A DNA stretch of 64,000 nucleotides from Harriotta raleighana (lineage: Eukaryota), in assembly GCA_050575255.1 (NCBI GenBank), contig JBNZDD010013726.1:496001-560000 (forward strand). The letters run 5' to 3'. Below the pieces are notes generated by a model. That model searched no databases. It was given only the letters and a program-made list of their open reading frames with translations, and was not told the DNA's origin. A program made the translations under genes and the position numbers. Positions 1 to 12,518 of this stretch are shown one piece after another (position 1 is the stretch's first letter; each line of letters starts with the position of its first letter).

Positions 1-330
1 GACCACTTTATTAAGTTTTTGTGACATTACAAAGAAGAATTACTGATGTAAAGCCAACTCACAAATCCTTTACTAAGAATGCATCACCGTGTTGCATAGG
101 TTAGTTAAGTCAATGCTCAACTCCTAAAATCCGGAGAGGAAACCTAAGAAAAAGCAGTTTGACATTCATTCGTGGCAAACTTAATGTTGAATTTTCAAAA
201 CATTATTGCAACTCACAAAATATATGAACAATAACACAGGACCGAGTATGGATGTTAAGTCTTCATTTTGAGGTCTTAATCTGGCCCTCGAATACTTTTC
301 CATCCTACCCTAAAGTCATTATGTCTGTTT
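1..330 (-). mobile_element. Decayed CR1-type LINE reverse transcriptase fragment
   Basis: Minus strand near 255-225 reads ILGPVLLFIY, resembling the RT motif (QG)SVLGPLLFxIY, followed by a degenerate AAGTTTGCC (KFA); frames broken. Confidence 0.45.
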
Positions 331-959
331 GAAAATGTGTCTCATCCCAACCGAATTTCATAAAACGTCTCAGTTACAAAGAATTATGATCAACATGTTT
401 TAAGAAGAATGTACAGCTCAGAACAATCCATTCAACCGCAAAGGTTTGCTGAGTGAAAGATGTGGAGAATCAAATATAAAGAATTGTATAACCTTTTAAT
501 ACTGTTCCTTTTCATTTAATTTTCCAATCAAAATAAAATGCACCAATAGAAATTGACAGTCGCTGTTTGTGACTTTGCTTTCTAAATCATATCAGCCTTT
601 CAAAAACAAATATATTTCATTTTCATGTCACCAGAAACCAAGAGAAAACTAACAAAAAGTCCAAATAAAGTATTATTTATGTAATAATAAACCATATTCT
701 GATCATTTAATTTAATAATCTAATATATTATCCAGTTTCCCTGGCCATTAGCAGAAGTAAAGCAACAATGTAAAATATATCATGTGAAAATTGGATTAAT
801 ATTATTCTGCAGATGGACAGGACCATGACATTTTAAAATGAGGATTTCTAATTATGAAGTACAATCATTTATCCACTTGAACTTCAATAAATAAAATGGT
901 ACGTTATACTAGAAACTGACTATGGCTAAGATAATGTTGCCTTTAGCCATAATAAAACT

Positions 960-1400
960 ATTCTAAATAAAATTAAAGGGGAAAAGTTAGATTCTGGGCT
1001 TCTTAGCAATAAATGCCAGAAAATACTTTTATGAGGCCAGATTTCTTGATTCTAATACCACGTGATCTGTGGTCATTAACTTGTACGGTATTAGCCAACC
1101 CAGAGCTTCTAGAGTCATTGCAAAGCAAACCATTTACAACATGTTGTAGTGCAGAAGCTTTATAAATTATTTTGCCCTTTTTTGGTTTGAAAAACATTGG
1201 ATACATTTTCAATCTCCAACACTTGAAAGAACAAGCTATGATTTTAAAAAAACAATTAAAAAATAATAATATTGGATCATACAGTACCAAGATCTTGTTA
1301 AAAGTGATGAAATGATACAATATGATAAAAGTTATCTGTTCCATCACTCCCTATTGCTTTTGCAACTACTGTACTTAAATTCTTACATTTTTGCTTACTG
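960..1400 (-). mobile_element. Decayed CR1-type LINE RT fragment (explains ORF 1003-1347)
   Basis: HVVNG...VND...GI loosely tracks CR1 RVVVNG...YINDLxxGI; heavily mutated. Confidence 0.4.
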
Positions 1401-2811
1401 AGTGGTACACAATACCAGTGGTTTCCTTATTCTCTTTCAGGGTGCATCTAACTTCTGGCCCAATCGAGTATGGAAAATCTTGTGGAGATTTCCAGGACCA
1501 AACATTTGGCCTTTTTACATCATGCTGCAATAATACAATATAATTTAACACTAATTCATTAAAAGTAAGCAGTGGAGAAGTATACTCTTTTAGGAGCAGC
1601 TACCAGGCTTTTTTTAAAAAAACATCTGAGATCCCAGACTTCAGCTATTAGCAGTGTATCTGAGAGTGTTGTTTGCCAGAGACTCACACCAGTACAACGA
1701 GAGTTTGGCAGTGGATGTGGCTGAGGAAAGAAGAAAGAGGCCAAAACACAGAGCTGACCAGAAGACTGGGTGGTTTCCGTCTTTCCTAGCCATTTCGTTT
1801 CTCAAGATTGTTATTCCCCAATGTCTCCTTCTTGCCTTAGGTCTGAATATTTGTACTTCCCAGGTCAAGAGGCAGGTCAAGAGTAGCAGAATAAAGGAAA
1901 ATACTAAATTGGTACCGCATTAGATATTGTCACCGCTCTTGGTTGGTACTACTACTACTACTAATAATAATAAGACTACTCATATTACAGTTTTCATATT
2001 TCCAAGAAAGTTTCAGGGATAACTACTTTCTATTTGGAGTATGTTAATAACCAAAGAGTTTTGAACACCACTTTATCCACCAGTTAAGAATAATTATTTT
2101 ATAAGATAGAATAAAAATTAATGTTCTTCCTTGTCTGATGCCATTCTAACTGAATAAAACAAAAAGTTACTTGTACAAAGAATTATGGGTTAAAAGTCAT
2201 CATTTAGTGAGCATCTTATTCAGACCTGAAATACACCACTGTGTTGGTCAAGTTAACCATTTGTTTGCGAATGAGTTGCGAGTAATATTTTAGCCTTTGT
2301 TCTTTTTCTATGTCCTTGAGTTTACTGCACACTGCGAATTTAACAATTTGACTGCAGTTGCTTTCTTCAGATTAATTCAGTTAATACTCTACAACCAAAA
2401 AATTCCCCAGAGTTTCTCTAAATTTTGCTTGGTAAAACATATTGCTTGCTACATTTCTCTCTCCAACATTATCTACTTGAACTGCATAGAACTCAATGAG
2501 ATCAAAGGAATTAGCTACATCAATTTAACTTTTTCACTAGTCATAAATTGTAAAGAAAAAACTCCTTATTCTAATTTATATTTAATATAAAATATCTTTC
2601 AACCAATTTAAGATAATAATCCAATCTTGCAGTTTCATCACAACATGAGCATTGTTTTGAACAGCATCATAAAACGTTCATAAGAGCAATAGAGGGGCTG
2701 GAAGTCAGCCACATCCAAGTTTAACAAATTCAAATTAATCCAAAACATATTGATAGAAAAAAATGGATTTGAATATATAAGGAGCCATGGGATAGGATTT
2801 ACATCTTAGAA

Positions 2812-2995
2812 GTAGGATCACAGATGAGCTTGATCCCGGTATCCAAATGCTTGCACTTCTCCAGCAAAGACTGTATAGCAATCCCTGGCTGATTTTCACT
2901 CTCTAAACTCAAGATACTAAACCCAATTACAGTATCATTGGCCCCAAATGTTACTCAGGCAGTCTAGGAATCAGCCTTCTCAACTACATGCCCAG
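2812..2995 (-). mobile_element. Ancient SINE relic, AmnSINE2-like
   Basis: Minus strand GAAAATCAGCCAGGG..ATTGCTATACAG..TTTGCTGGAGAAGTGCA..GGATCAAGCTCATCTGTGATCC; shares blocks with copies at 28.7, 47.6, 50.8 and 56.9 kb. Family name from a recalled consensus. Confidence 0.6.
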
Positions 2996-5900
2996 TGTTA
3001 CAACAAGCAATCAAAATAGGATTCCTGAGCCTTTGATATAAATGTTATTGCAGTAACCAAAGAATTAAGCTGATCTGTTATCTTAAAGCAGATGTATTGA
3101 ACAGATAAGGTATTTCTGGTATTTCTGGTTTGTTTACCATGGTGGAATATGTGCATCTTAATTGACAAACTAAGCACCTTTTTCAATGTTTCTAAATGAA
3201 TGGCCTAATGAATAAATACTGAAATACGACTGGTGTGAACAATGAAAGTGGCAGGAAACCTTCAAGTTTGTTCATAACAAGATGCACTTTGGATAGCCAT
3301 TTAGTGACCAAAGAATAATTATTAAAGATAGAGTGTGGCACAGTATATTTCTATTCAATAGTCCTATACGTAGGATTAATTTTCAGAATAATTTCTACAG
3401 CATTGTTTAATGCTGTAATATTTGAGGGGATATAACAAGATTTTTTTTTAAACTGAAAGATATTGGGATTCAGAACATGTTGTTCCATACTGTTGAGCAT
3501 ATTTACATATTTAGAAGAAATCATTAAAAATAAAAAGTACACATTTATATGATTAGCAATAAACATGTATTGGAGGCACCTGGGGATTAATCTTCTACTC
3601 CGTTAAATAAACAGGAACTCTACATGATCGTTACTAATATCATTGCTGACACTTTAAAAGCTGATGACCTCGATCATGCAAACAAAGTTGCTTATACAGT
3701 ACTTGGTCTGACCTCCAGCACCTGCTCAATTGAACCTATAATATCGACACCTCCACCATTATATGAGTTTGCCCTCTTGCTCCCATCAAGCTTCAACATG
3801 CCTCAACCTGGACAACTGACTCCATTGATGATTTCCTTTGCCACATCTAAAACTATGCATCCAAATTAGCACACAATATTTAACAGATGTTGTTAACCAA
3901 GGATTGCCAAGTGGGGATCCTATCATGATCCACATTCTCTCCATCCAAACAATTCCAATAAAAATAATTTAAAAAACATATTTTATAGAAACAACAAATC
4001 ACTAAAATGTTTGCCTTCTACAAATAGAACACATGTTCCTCAGTTACCATATAAGGAATCACTAGTCTTTCAACTCATGATACTTCCCACAGGAGTCTGT
4101 TTGAGGTCACTCTGATGGAACAAATTCCCTGCCGCGCTCATTGAAGTGTTTCTTCTGTTAACACCCTCTGCAGAGCAGCAAATACATGTGAGAGAGTGGT
4201 CCCCGTGTTTCTTCAGAGAAAGGCCAACTTTCAACCATCAAATTGAAATCAACCAAAAATAAAGCCACGATGTCCACCCATGGAGAAAGTAGAAAACATG
4301 TTTCTTCCAACAGAAGAAATGAGAAAAAGTTGATACTGCAACTGAATCAGTAAATAATAATATGGAAAAGACTACTGTGATACAAATATTTGCATGTCAC
4401 AGAATCCTACGACTGTATTTGGATCCTGCAAAAGTATCTTTTGGAAATAAGATTTAGATGCTCCATGTTGATTTAAACCCTCACATTATAATCTTGTGAA
4501 CACACCACTAACAGATCCATGGATATCTTCAAACAGAAAAAAATGATTATCTTAACTCCACAAGAGATCAGAGCTGTAGAACCTTCTTGGAAGGACTTTC
4601 AGTACACTATACTGTATGATTCAGTTAAAAAACACTGGACAGAAGATTAGTGTAAATCTATATAGAATTAACTGTAAAATGCAAGTTAGCCCATTGAGGG
4701 TAGTAATGAAGTAGACATTGATTGAAAGGAAAACCACATAAATAATACTTTGCGTACTTATACTGTTGTAGAGAAGCAGAATAATTATATATATTATAAA
4801 TCGGCTGTGGCAACGTTACTAATAGCTGACTTCATATGTGCTACTCTATCAATAAAACTAAATTTGGCAAATCTTTACAGAACACTGAGAGACCTTGATT
4901 TAGCCCTGGTATACGTCGGCCTGAAAGTTAGCACATACAGAGTGACGAATAGACAGCTGAACGTGCGTGCTAAAAGACACAACACGTCTAACATAGTGAA
5001 GTCCTGATCAGCATTAGAGATGGCTCACAAGCTTTGTGGAATTCCCACACGTTGTCAAACAACAAATAATTCAAAATAGATTCTCTTTATGAGATTATAT
5101 TTTATTTGCGTATTATCAAGATAAACTGCAAGGGCACATTGAAATTTTTGTTTCAAAGTTACACCACATTGAGAGCTATTTTTCAAAATGAGGGCCTTGG
5201 CAGTAAACAACAGTAAAATAGAATCAATGAGCAGGAAGTTTCACTGAGAAATCATTGTTTTACAATGATAAAATATAGTGCAATCAATATTAGCAATGGA
5301 TTATGTGCTCCTGAATTAAACAACGCACTGAATTATTGACAGAGTGAACACTCCGGCATTGAACTCACTGTTTTTCAGGGATATGATATGCCCATCCATG
5401 AGGTAAATTGATTCTGATTCTTCCATTCTATTTTCTTATTTGATGGATGTAATGAGCTGACAGCTAAAGTACTGACAAAATCTCCTTGGTGTCAGATGAT
5501 ATTATAGTGGTTGCCAATTTACTCAAAAATCACCTCTTCCCCTTTACATCACTCAGTATTAAATTTCTAGGTTAGTGGGGGTTAAATTGAATGTCATAAG
5601 AATGAAATGTGCATATTTACATGAAAACAAACAAATCTTTACTGCTTACCAGAGCTCACCTTCTGCAGAAATGTTTCAGTTCCATGGACGTGTGTCACAG
5701 AGGCACAATCCTGTGAAACCATTCCCTTTTCAAAGCATTTCATCTTGCTGAATTCAGTCTCTTACTTAAATTCCAATCGAAAAATTAAACCAACAATTTA
5801 AAATTGGGCAACAAAAATCAAATAAATCTGGATTTTAGACACCACAAGTAGGTTCGACCTGGGATTACACACTCATGTAATTCATGGTTTCGGGTAGATT

Positions 5901-6189
5901 GTGTATGGAGAAGTCAGGTAGAGGCCCGTAATTTTCTCACAGCCAGGAATGGGAAAAACAGAGACAGAATAATTTGTTGGCTGCTTCCAGGCACTTCCTG
6001 ATAATTGGCTTTCTGCAACATTAGCAGAAACCTAACCCAAAGCCTCCCAAGTATTTTAACAGACCAGAGAAGTAAAAATACAGTAATTGTAAAAAAGGAG
6101 TGTTGCTATGACAAAATTCAATTGCTTTCCAGGTATTGTAAGTTAGATCAACTCCCAAATCGAGGGGATTCATTTGGCTAACTCTCACA

Positions 6190-6865
6190 CTGCTAACCCC
6201 TCACCACTTGCCCCTCACACCCTGCCTTCCACCCAACAACCCCTATAAATATTCGACCCATCTCTCCCTGTTTCCTCACCTCCATCATTTCAAAAATGAA
6301 GACCACGCCTTGCTCCCTCGATCCAATTCCCCAACCCTCTCCTTACCTCTGAGCTCCACCTCCTGGGCCCTCTTTTAATCAAAATTAACAAACTCTGGCA
6401 CTGTTTCCAACCCCTAAAAACAGCTGCCATCAACTCCATCCTCCGGAGGCAACCAAAACCTTCATATGTGCCTTCATTACATCCAGGTAGGCTCTGCAGC
6501 TCTATCACCCTCATCCGCGTCTGACCTCCACTGATCACATCATACAAAGGATACCGATCAAGATCCTGGTCCTTACATTCAAAGCCCTCAATGGACTGCT
6601 CCCCCCTACCTCTGCGGTCTCCTAATCTCCTACCAACCTGCCCACTCCCTCCCCCAGCAGCCTCCAGCCTGCTACACGTCCTCCACTTCGCCTGCCCCAC
6701 CATCAGAATCCACGCCTTCAGCTACTCTGCCCCCACCCTCTGCAACTCCATCCTGGAGACCCTCCATTGCCTCCTTCAAAACAAGTTTTAAGACCCTGCT
6801 TTGTTCTCTCTCCTCCATCCCTGCCCTCCATCCTCACCAATCCTGATCCCCCCCAGCCCCAACTG
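6190..6865 (+). mobile_element. LINE2 (L2) ORF2 C-terminal fragment
   Basis: C-rich; broken frames give KILVLTFKALNGL..YL..LL.SYQP..SL and HAFSYSAPTLCNSI, the typical L2 ORF2 C-terminus. Confidence 0.9.
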
Positions 6866-6877
6866 CCACAAACAACC

Positions 6878-7149
6878 ATGAAGTGAATGACCAATTTTAG
6901 CTGTGGTTTTGTTGTCCAGGACACCGTAGCATTGAATAGTGTGGTGGGGCTCTTAATGTCACCTTGAGCAGACAGATAACCCCTAGATTTAACATCTAAT
7001 CCAACGACTAGACTCCAATATATAACCACAACATTGCATTTTATTATCAGCTTAGAGTTCAGAGGACTTCAAAGTGCCAGCATGAGGCTCGAACCCACAA
7101 TGTTCCGACTGAGAGTCAAGCATGCTACTGAATGAGCCAGGCCAACACA
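6878..7149 (-). mobile_element. Old DeuSINE (SacSINE1/LmeSINE1-like), 5' two-thirds
   Basis: Minus-strand tRNA-like head GTGTTGGCCTGGCTCATTCAGTAGCA..GTGGGTTCGAGCC followed by Deu-like TTGGATTAGATGTTAAATC..CACTATTC. Confidence 0.75.
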
Positions 7150-8427
7150 TTAAAGCTACATGTGGCACAATTAATTCAAAATAAACAAAACTATCTGTTA
7201 TAATGGTATGAAGTTTCCTTTAAGATGCGACAGGCAACCCCACTTAATGGTTAACAGAAATGTAAGAGGCATCTTACAAGACAAGCCAGCGACTCAGGGA
7301 GACCTTAAAGGAAAAGGAAGACTATTTGTGCCAAAAGTTAAGACCATTTGAACATTCTGGAACATTCAGAACTCATTGCATCCCAGCTTCCTGCTATTAG
7401 CTGCCAAGCAGCAGCAGTTGACCATGTCAGCAGTCGCCACCCTGCATCCTTTTCCTGCAAAAAAAAGTGGGTTTAAAGACCAAATCTAATGTTAGCAGGA
7501 CATTTTTGAATGAATTTTACATGCTCAAGAAAGTGACTGAACTAATAGTTTGAAATGAGTCATTAGGAGGTGTGTGAGAGGGGTGCAGGACAATTCTCGC
7601 TTACTTCCAGGATGGAAACACTTGGATATCTACTGTCAATCCCTTGGTGTTGGATGCCTGTGATCAGAGTTAGAGAGTGTGGGGAGGACAGCAGGAAAGA
7701 AGCTTGTATTATGCCACTGACCTCCTTTGTCTTCCTTCCCTCTACAATCTATAAGACAAGATTCACATCGCTTAACCATTATTTATTGATTTCTTTCATT
7801 TTTCAACCATAAAAATACATAGTCACTACACTTTTCAGTAAATCATGTGTCCTTCTGATGTGAAAGCCCAATATGAAATGCTAGGATTATTGTTATACAT
7901 TCTTTTCAACCTCATTATTATTGTGGACCTGTATCTTTCACCAGAGTTTCACTGTATATAAAAAAAACTTCACCATTAAATGGCGAATGCACTTTGAAAC
8001 CATTGAGCAAGTTCATGTTTTGAAGGAGATGATGAAATAGCTCACATTTCTATGAACTTTTTAAAAAACATGAACCATCTTAAATATGGATTTTTCTTTT
8101 TTGAGTTTTAAATATAAACCAAAAAGAATGTCATTCTTTTTACAGTTTGCCAATGTCAAGCATGGAATATTATTACCATATTCATCTGCTTAGGAGGGCA
8201 TTGTTTCACAAAGTTATGTTTGACACAGATTGTAGATTTATTCTTAACTTATTTCTTCAAAGTCTTTTTTCAAAGTATTTCAAAGTATTTCTTCAAAGTA
8301 TTGCTCTTCTGAGTGTGAGACAAATATATTGTGACAGAGAAAAAAAAGCTTTGTTCTGCAACTACTTATGTAACTGGATACCCAAAAAGCTAAAATGAAG
8401 AATTTAATGTTCCATCACTAATATCTT

Positions 8428-8727
8428 GTGGAGTCATGTGGCTGAATGGTGAGAGCACTCACCTTACAAGCGTGAGACCTGTGTTTCGAATCCAGGCAGG
8501 TCAGGGCGAAACCTTAGGCAAGTTTCCTTACTCCACACACCTAATAATAATCTGTCCAAAAAAACTATAATAATTTCAATCCATGAATGTTTGTGGGACA
8601 CTGTTGTGTGCAATTGGCTGCCATGTTTCGCTCACAAATACACAATCAATTCACTTCTCAGTGAAGCACTTTGAGACGTCAAAATGACGTGAAAAGCGCT
8701 ATATGAAATGCAAGGATTATTATTATC
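8428..8727 (+). mobile_element. Full-length young tRNA-derived SINE (Deu-type 3' core, L2 tail)
   Basis: A box TGGCTGAATGG, B box TTCGAATCC, core TGTGGGACACTG..AATTGGCTGCC, tail GCGCTATATGAAATGCAAGG(ATT)n; homologous to about 18 other copies in the window. Confidence 0.95.
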
Positions 8728-9647
8728 ATTCTTGATGAGCACAGAAGAAAACAGTGAAAATTATATCAAGATACTGCAGTGCATCCACCATGTGCTTTTG
8801 AGGGCATCCAATACACACAAAGTGCTTAGAGCATGCTTCACCTCGGAAGAGAATAACAGCTCAGAAAAAAAATCCTTTGAATCAAAAGCCAGAATAGGAG
8901 TCTGTCTGGCTTTACCAATTACATCTAATTTATACTTTAGATACTTTTGTAAACAGTTAAGATGGTGTATTTGTCTGATTGATTCAAATATACATCTGTA
9001 TGTAATTTATGCACTGCGCTTGCTTGATTAGCAAGTTATAAAAGTGTGTGAACCAAAAAACCCTGGGAAAACACAAAGCATTTTGCCCGAAGAAATTCCA
9101 ATAGCAATTCATTCAGAAGAACACTGTCAACTTTTGTGGACATTTGATTGAAACAAATATTTGAAAGAAAGGCAACGTGTAATTGGGTATGTTTGTCACA
9201 GCTGTTCTAACAGCAATATTGTTTGAGCAACATCTTTTTGTTCTAATGTACAAATACTAGCACATACAGCTGAATATTTATCCCTGAACAGCATTGTTAA
9301 GAGACCAGAATAATATCTAATGACTCTTATTGCAATAAATATTTGTGAAATTTCAGAGAAAATAGCCCAAGCATCCTTCCTAAAATAAATGTTTTTTTCA
9401 AGAAATAAATGTTTTTTTTCCAAAAAGAAATATTTTAAGTAAAACCTCACAACTTCCATTGATTTGATCACATTGTGAAAATTCTATATCTCTGTGTAAA
9501 CGGTGATAACCAACATTGGTTCTAGACCATCATCAGACAACCAGTTAGTGTACATAGAGAGAGGTTTACTCTCATTATAGTTAATTTCTATAATTCTCTT
9601 AACTATGGCTGATGATGTCCTGATCTAGTCAGCTCATGGACCTAAGA

Positions 9648-9962
9648 AATAATAATAATAATAATAATCCTTACATTTGATATAGTGCTTTTCTTCCAGA
9701 CGTCTCAAAGCACTTCACAGAATATACTGGAAAATGAATTGATTGTATATACGTGGGTGACATGCGGCAGCCAATTGCGCACAGCCAATTGTGACAAACA
9801 GTCACAGATTGAAATGGCCAACTTATTATTGCTTTTTTTAAGGGATTATTATTAGGTGTGTGGAGTAAGGAAACTTGCCCAAGGTTCTGCCCTGCCTGGA
9901 AGTAAACCCAGGTCTTCCGATTGTAAGGTGAGTGCTCTAACCACTGAGCTACAGGACTACAC
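9648..9962 (-). mobile_element. Full-length young tRNA-derived SINE
   Basis: Minus head GTAGTCCTGTAGCTCAGTGGTTAGAGCAC, same core, (ATT)n tail. Confidence 0.95.
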
Positions 9963-10491
9963 ATAGCTGATTGATAACATTTGAGCTATGATCCTGTCAA
10001 TAACGATAAGTGTAAAACAAAATATTTTCTTAACATGTGCCACAAGGTAGTTTATTTCGCATTCTGGAACATTGATTGCCAGATTTCAGAGTCTCAGATA
10101 ATTTAGAACTGCTGCAACAGATATCTCCCCATATGAAAATATAAATCACAGTGTTACATTTTGCCCGTTTTAGAACAACTGCTTGGTAATATAGAAAACA
10201 TTAATTTTATAATTGACATCTTCTATCAATGCAGAGGTTTCTTGGTACTATTGATGCATGATGAACAGTAAGACGAAAGCATAATTGCTGAATTCAAATC
10301 TCAGTGAGAAATCACTTGAAGAAGGTGATGTCCCTCATTGCAGCTGAATTAGTTGCAACATAATTTCATTTTGAAACTTTAATGTTAAAAGCATGTGAAA
10401 GAGGATTCTGTATGAATAATAACTTTCCAGTCCTGGAAAAGAACAGACATGCGAGTCTGCAGTTTAGTGCGAGCAAGAAGTGCAACTCCAC

Positions 10492-10822
10492 ATGGTAATG
10501 CTATCACTCCAACATAACCACACCATTGGGCCTTTTTACAATTTATCATACACGATTTATACAATTTGAGCTTGAAATCCTAGACTGCCTCTTCATCTGA
10601 AAGTGACAGCATGAATATTCAGATGACATTTATCAATGAGTATTGANACTGCTTGCACTGCTCCAAAATGGTAATGCTATCACTCCAACATAACCACACC
10701 ATTGGGCCTTTTTACTATTTATCATACACGATTTATACAATTTGAGCTTGAAATCCTAGACTGCCTCTTCACCTGAAAGTGACAGCATGAATATTCAGAT
10801 GACATTTATCAATGAGTATTGA
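10492..10822. repeat. 155-bp direct duplication spanning an N (10492-10646 and 10668-10822)
   Basis: Copies differ at 2 positions; copy 1 ends exactly at the N at 10647. Confidence 0.95.
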
Positions 10823-11808
10823 AACAGCATGACCAGTAAGAAATCTCATGTACACAACTCAGGCAGCAAAGATTAGAGAAACTTTGCATTTTTAGAATAC
10901 CAACTGCTTTGATTTCCAAATACAGTCTCCAACCACAACCCTCTCTCACTGTCTTCACTATATCAGCTACATATATTCTTACTGATCCCCAATCTACATT
11001 CTAATCATATTGGTTATCCGGGCCTGATACACACATCATCTCAATAACAATACTATTAGCAATAAAGTATTGTTAGTTCACATTGGTGGTTATTCAAATT
11101 TGGGATTAAATTCTCAAAGCATTTGTAACTCTCAACTGTGACACATCCAACTGTAAAATGATATATTAGAGTAATATATTTTCAGTTTTGAAAACAAACT
11201 AATTTGCCAAGTTGTGCAATACAAAATTAAACAAACATTACTTTCAAGCTTCTCTGACTGCTTTCTTCCATGTTTAATGCAACTTTATTATGCTTTTTAA
11301 ATCCAATTTCCTTCTCCAAATCAGAGCAAAAGGACAAAAGGATCTGCAAAAGCTTCTCAGTGTCCTAAAATAATCAGAACATTAAACAATGTCTGGCACT
11401 TCATATTATTCCCAAGGTTGCAAATGCCCCTCCCCAACATCTGTAGTCAAACCGACAATGTTTGGAGTAAGTCTGGCAATTTTTCTCACAGTCTCCAATG
11501 GCTGACATCTATTTATATGTGTCATCAAGATTGGAAACTTGTACTGTTATAAATCTTATGCACACGGAAGATCTTATTGCTCTGAAACACACGTATAAAT
11601 ACAGTTCTATAAATACTATGGAGAGTCTCCAAGTGGCATTTTTGTCACTTGATCATAAAATTGCGGCCTCGCACAAATTGTTGGTTTATAGAACTTATGA
11701 AAGTGCATTAAGAGTGCATGAGAGAGAACACAAATATCATGCACAACGTACAGAGAATATCATTCTTAAATCAGTGATTTGCATGTTTAACTGATTTACG
11801 TTTTTGAT

Positions 11809-12518
11809 GTAATAGTAATCGTTGCACTTAATATAGTGCCTTATGGTGTCATCAAGTCGTCTCCAAGTGCTTCACAGTCATTTGCTGTGATGTGTAGCGA
11901 TTGTGTACTTGTAGACAAACATGGCAGCCAATTTGCACACAGCAATGTCCTACAACCACAATAAATTGGAATTTTATTTAGAGGATTGTTAGCCAAGAAA
12001 CTGAGAGAAACTCCCTTCTCTTTTCGAATAGTGCCATAAAATCTTTAACACCCGCCTGAACAGGGAGATGGGACATCAACAACAAAATTACATTCACAAC
12101 AACAAAATTACATAGAGCGCCTTTCATGTTGGGAGGACATCTAAGCTTTATACAAGCTGTATTGAACAGACCCTCCTTTTTGATTGTGCCTTCAGCCGCC
12201 CTCACACTTCTCTCCTTCCCCGATCCCTACCCTGTCCTTCCCCCATGCTTGACGAGTACTGGGGCAATGAGGTGGAGCTGAGAGGTAAGGAGAGGAGTGG
12301 GGCTGGGGTCCAGGGAGCAGGTGGTGAGCTTCATGGTGGCTATGGTGGTGATGACTGAGAATGAGAGTGAACATCAGTTCAACATTTCATCCAAATGACG
12401 CCAACTCCGAAAATGTGTTGGAAAGCAGCCAAGACTGAGTTCAAAGTTATAATGTGAGGATTCAACCCACAATCATCCAAATCAAAGCAAAAGGACTACC
12501 AACTGAGACAAGCTGATG
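11809..12518 (-). mobile_element. Old full-length DeuSINE interrupted by nested L2 fragments (about 12078-12370)
   Basis: Tail and core at 11809-12077 (TTCGAATAGTGCCAT..ATCTTTAACACCCGCCTGAAC on +) resume at about 12371 (TTCAACATTTCATCCAAATGACG) and run to a tRNA-like head (GGATTCAACCCACA). Confidence 0.8.

Noticed and set aside
4070-4167. Resemblance of AGNLFHQSD to the dystrophin C-terminal VGSLFHMADD
   Set aside because: Only a few residues match and no other dystrophin-family exons are visible.
8268-8302. Short tandem duplications (TTCAAAGTAT; also near 1860, 3110, 9385, 22620, 30580, 59945)
   Set aside because: Ordinary slippage products; no repeat-spacer regularity, so not CRISPR-like.
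8428-8500. tRNA genes at SINE heads (also near 9.9, 26.2 and 61.3 kb)
   Set aside because: A and B boxes run into SINE bodies with no intact acceptor stem.
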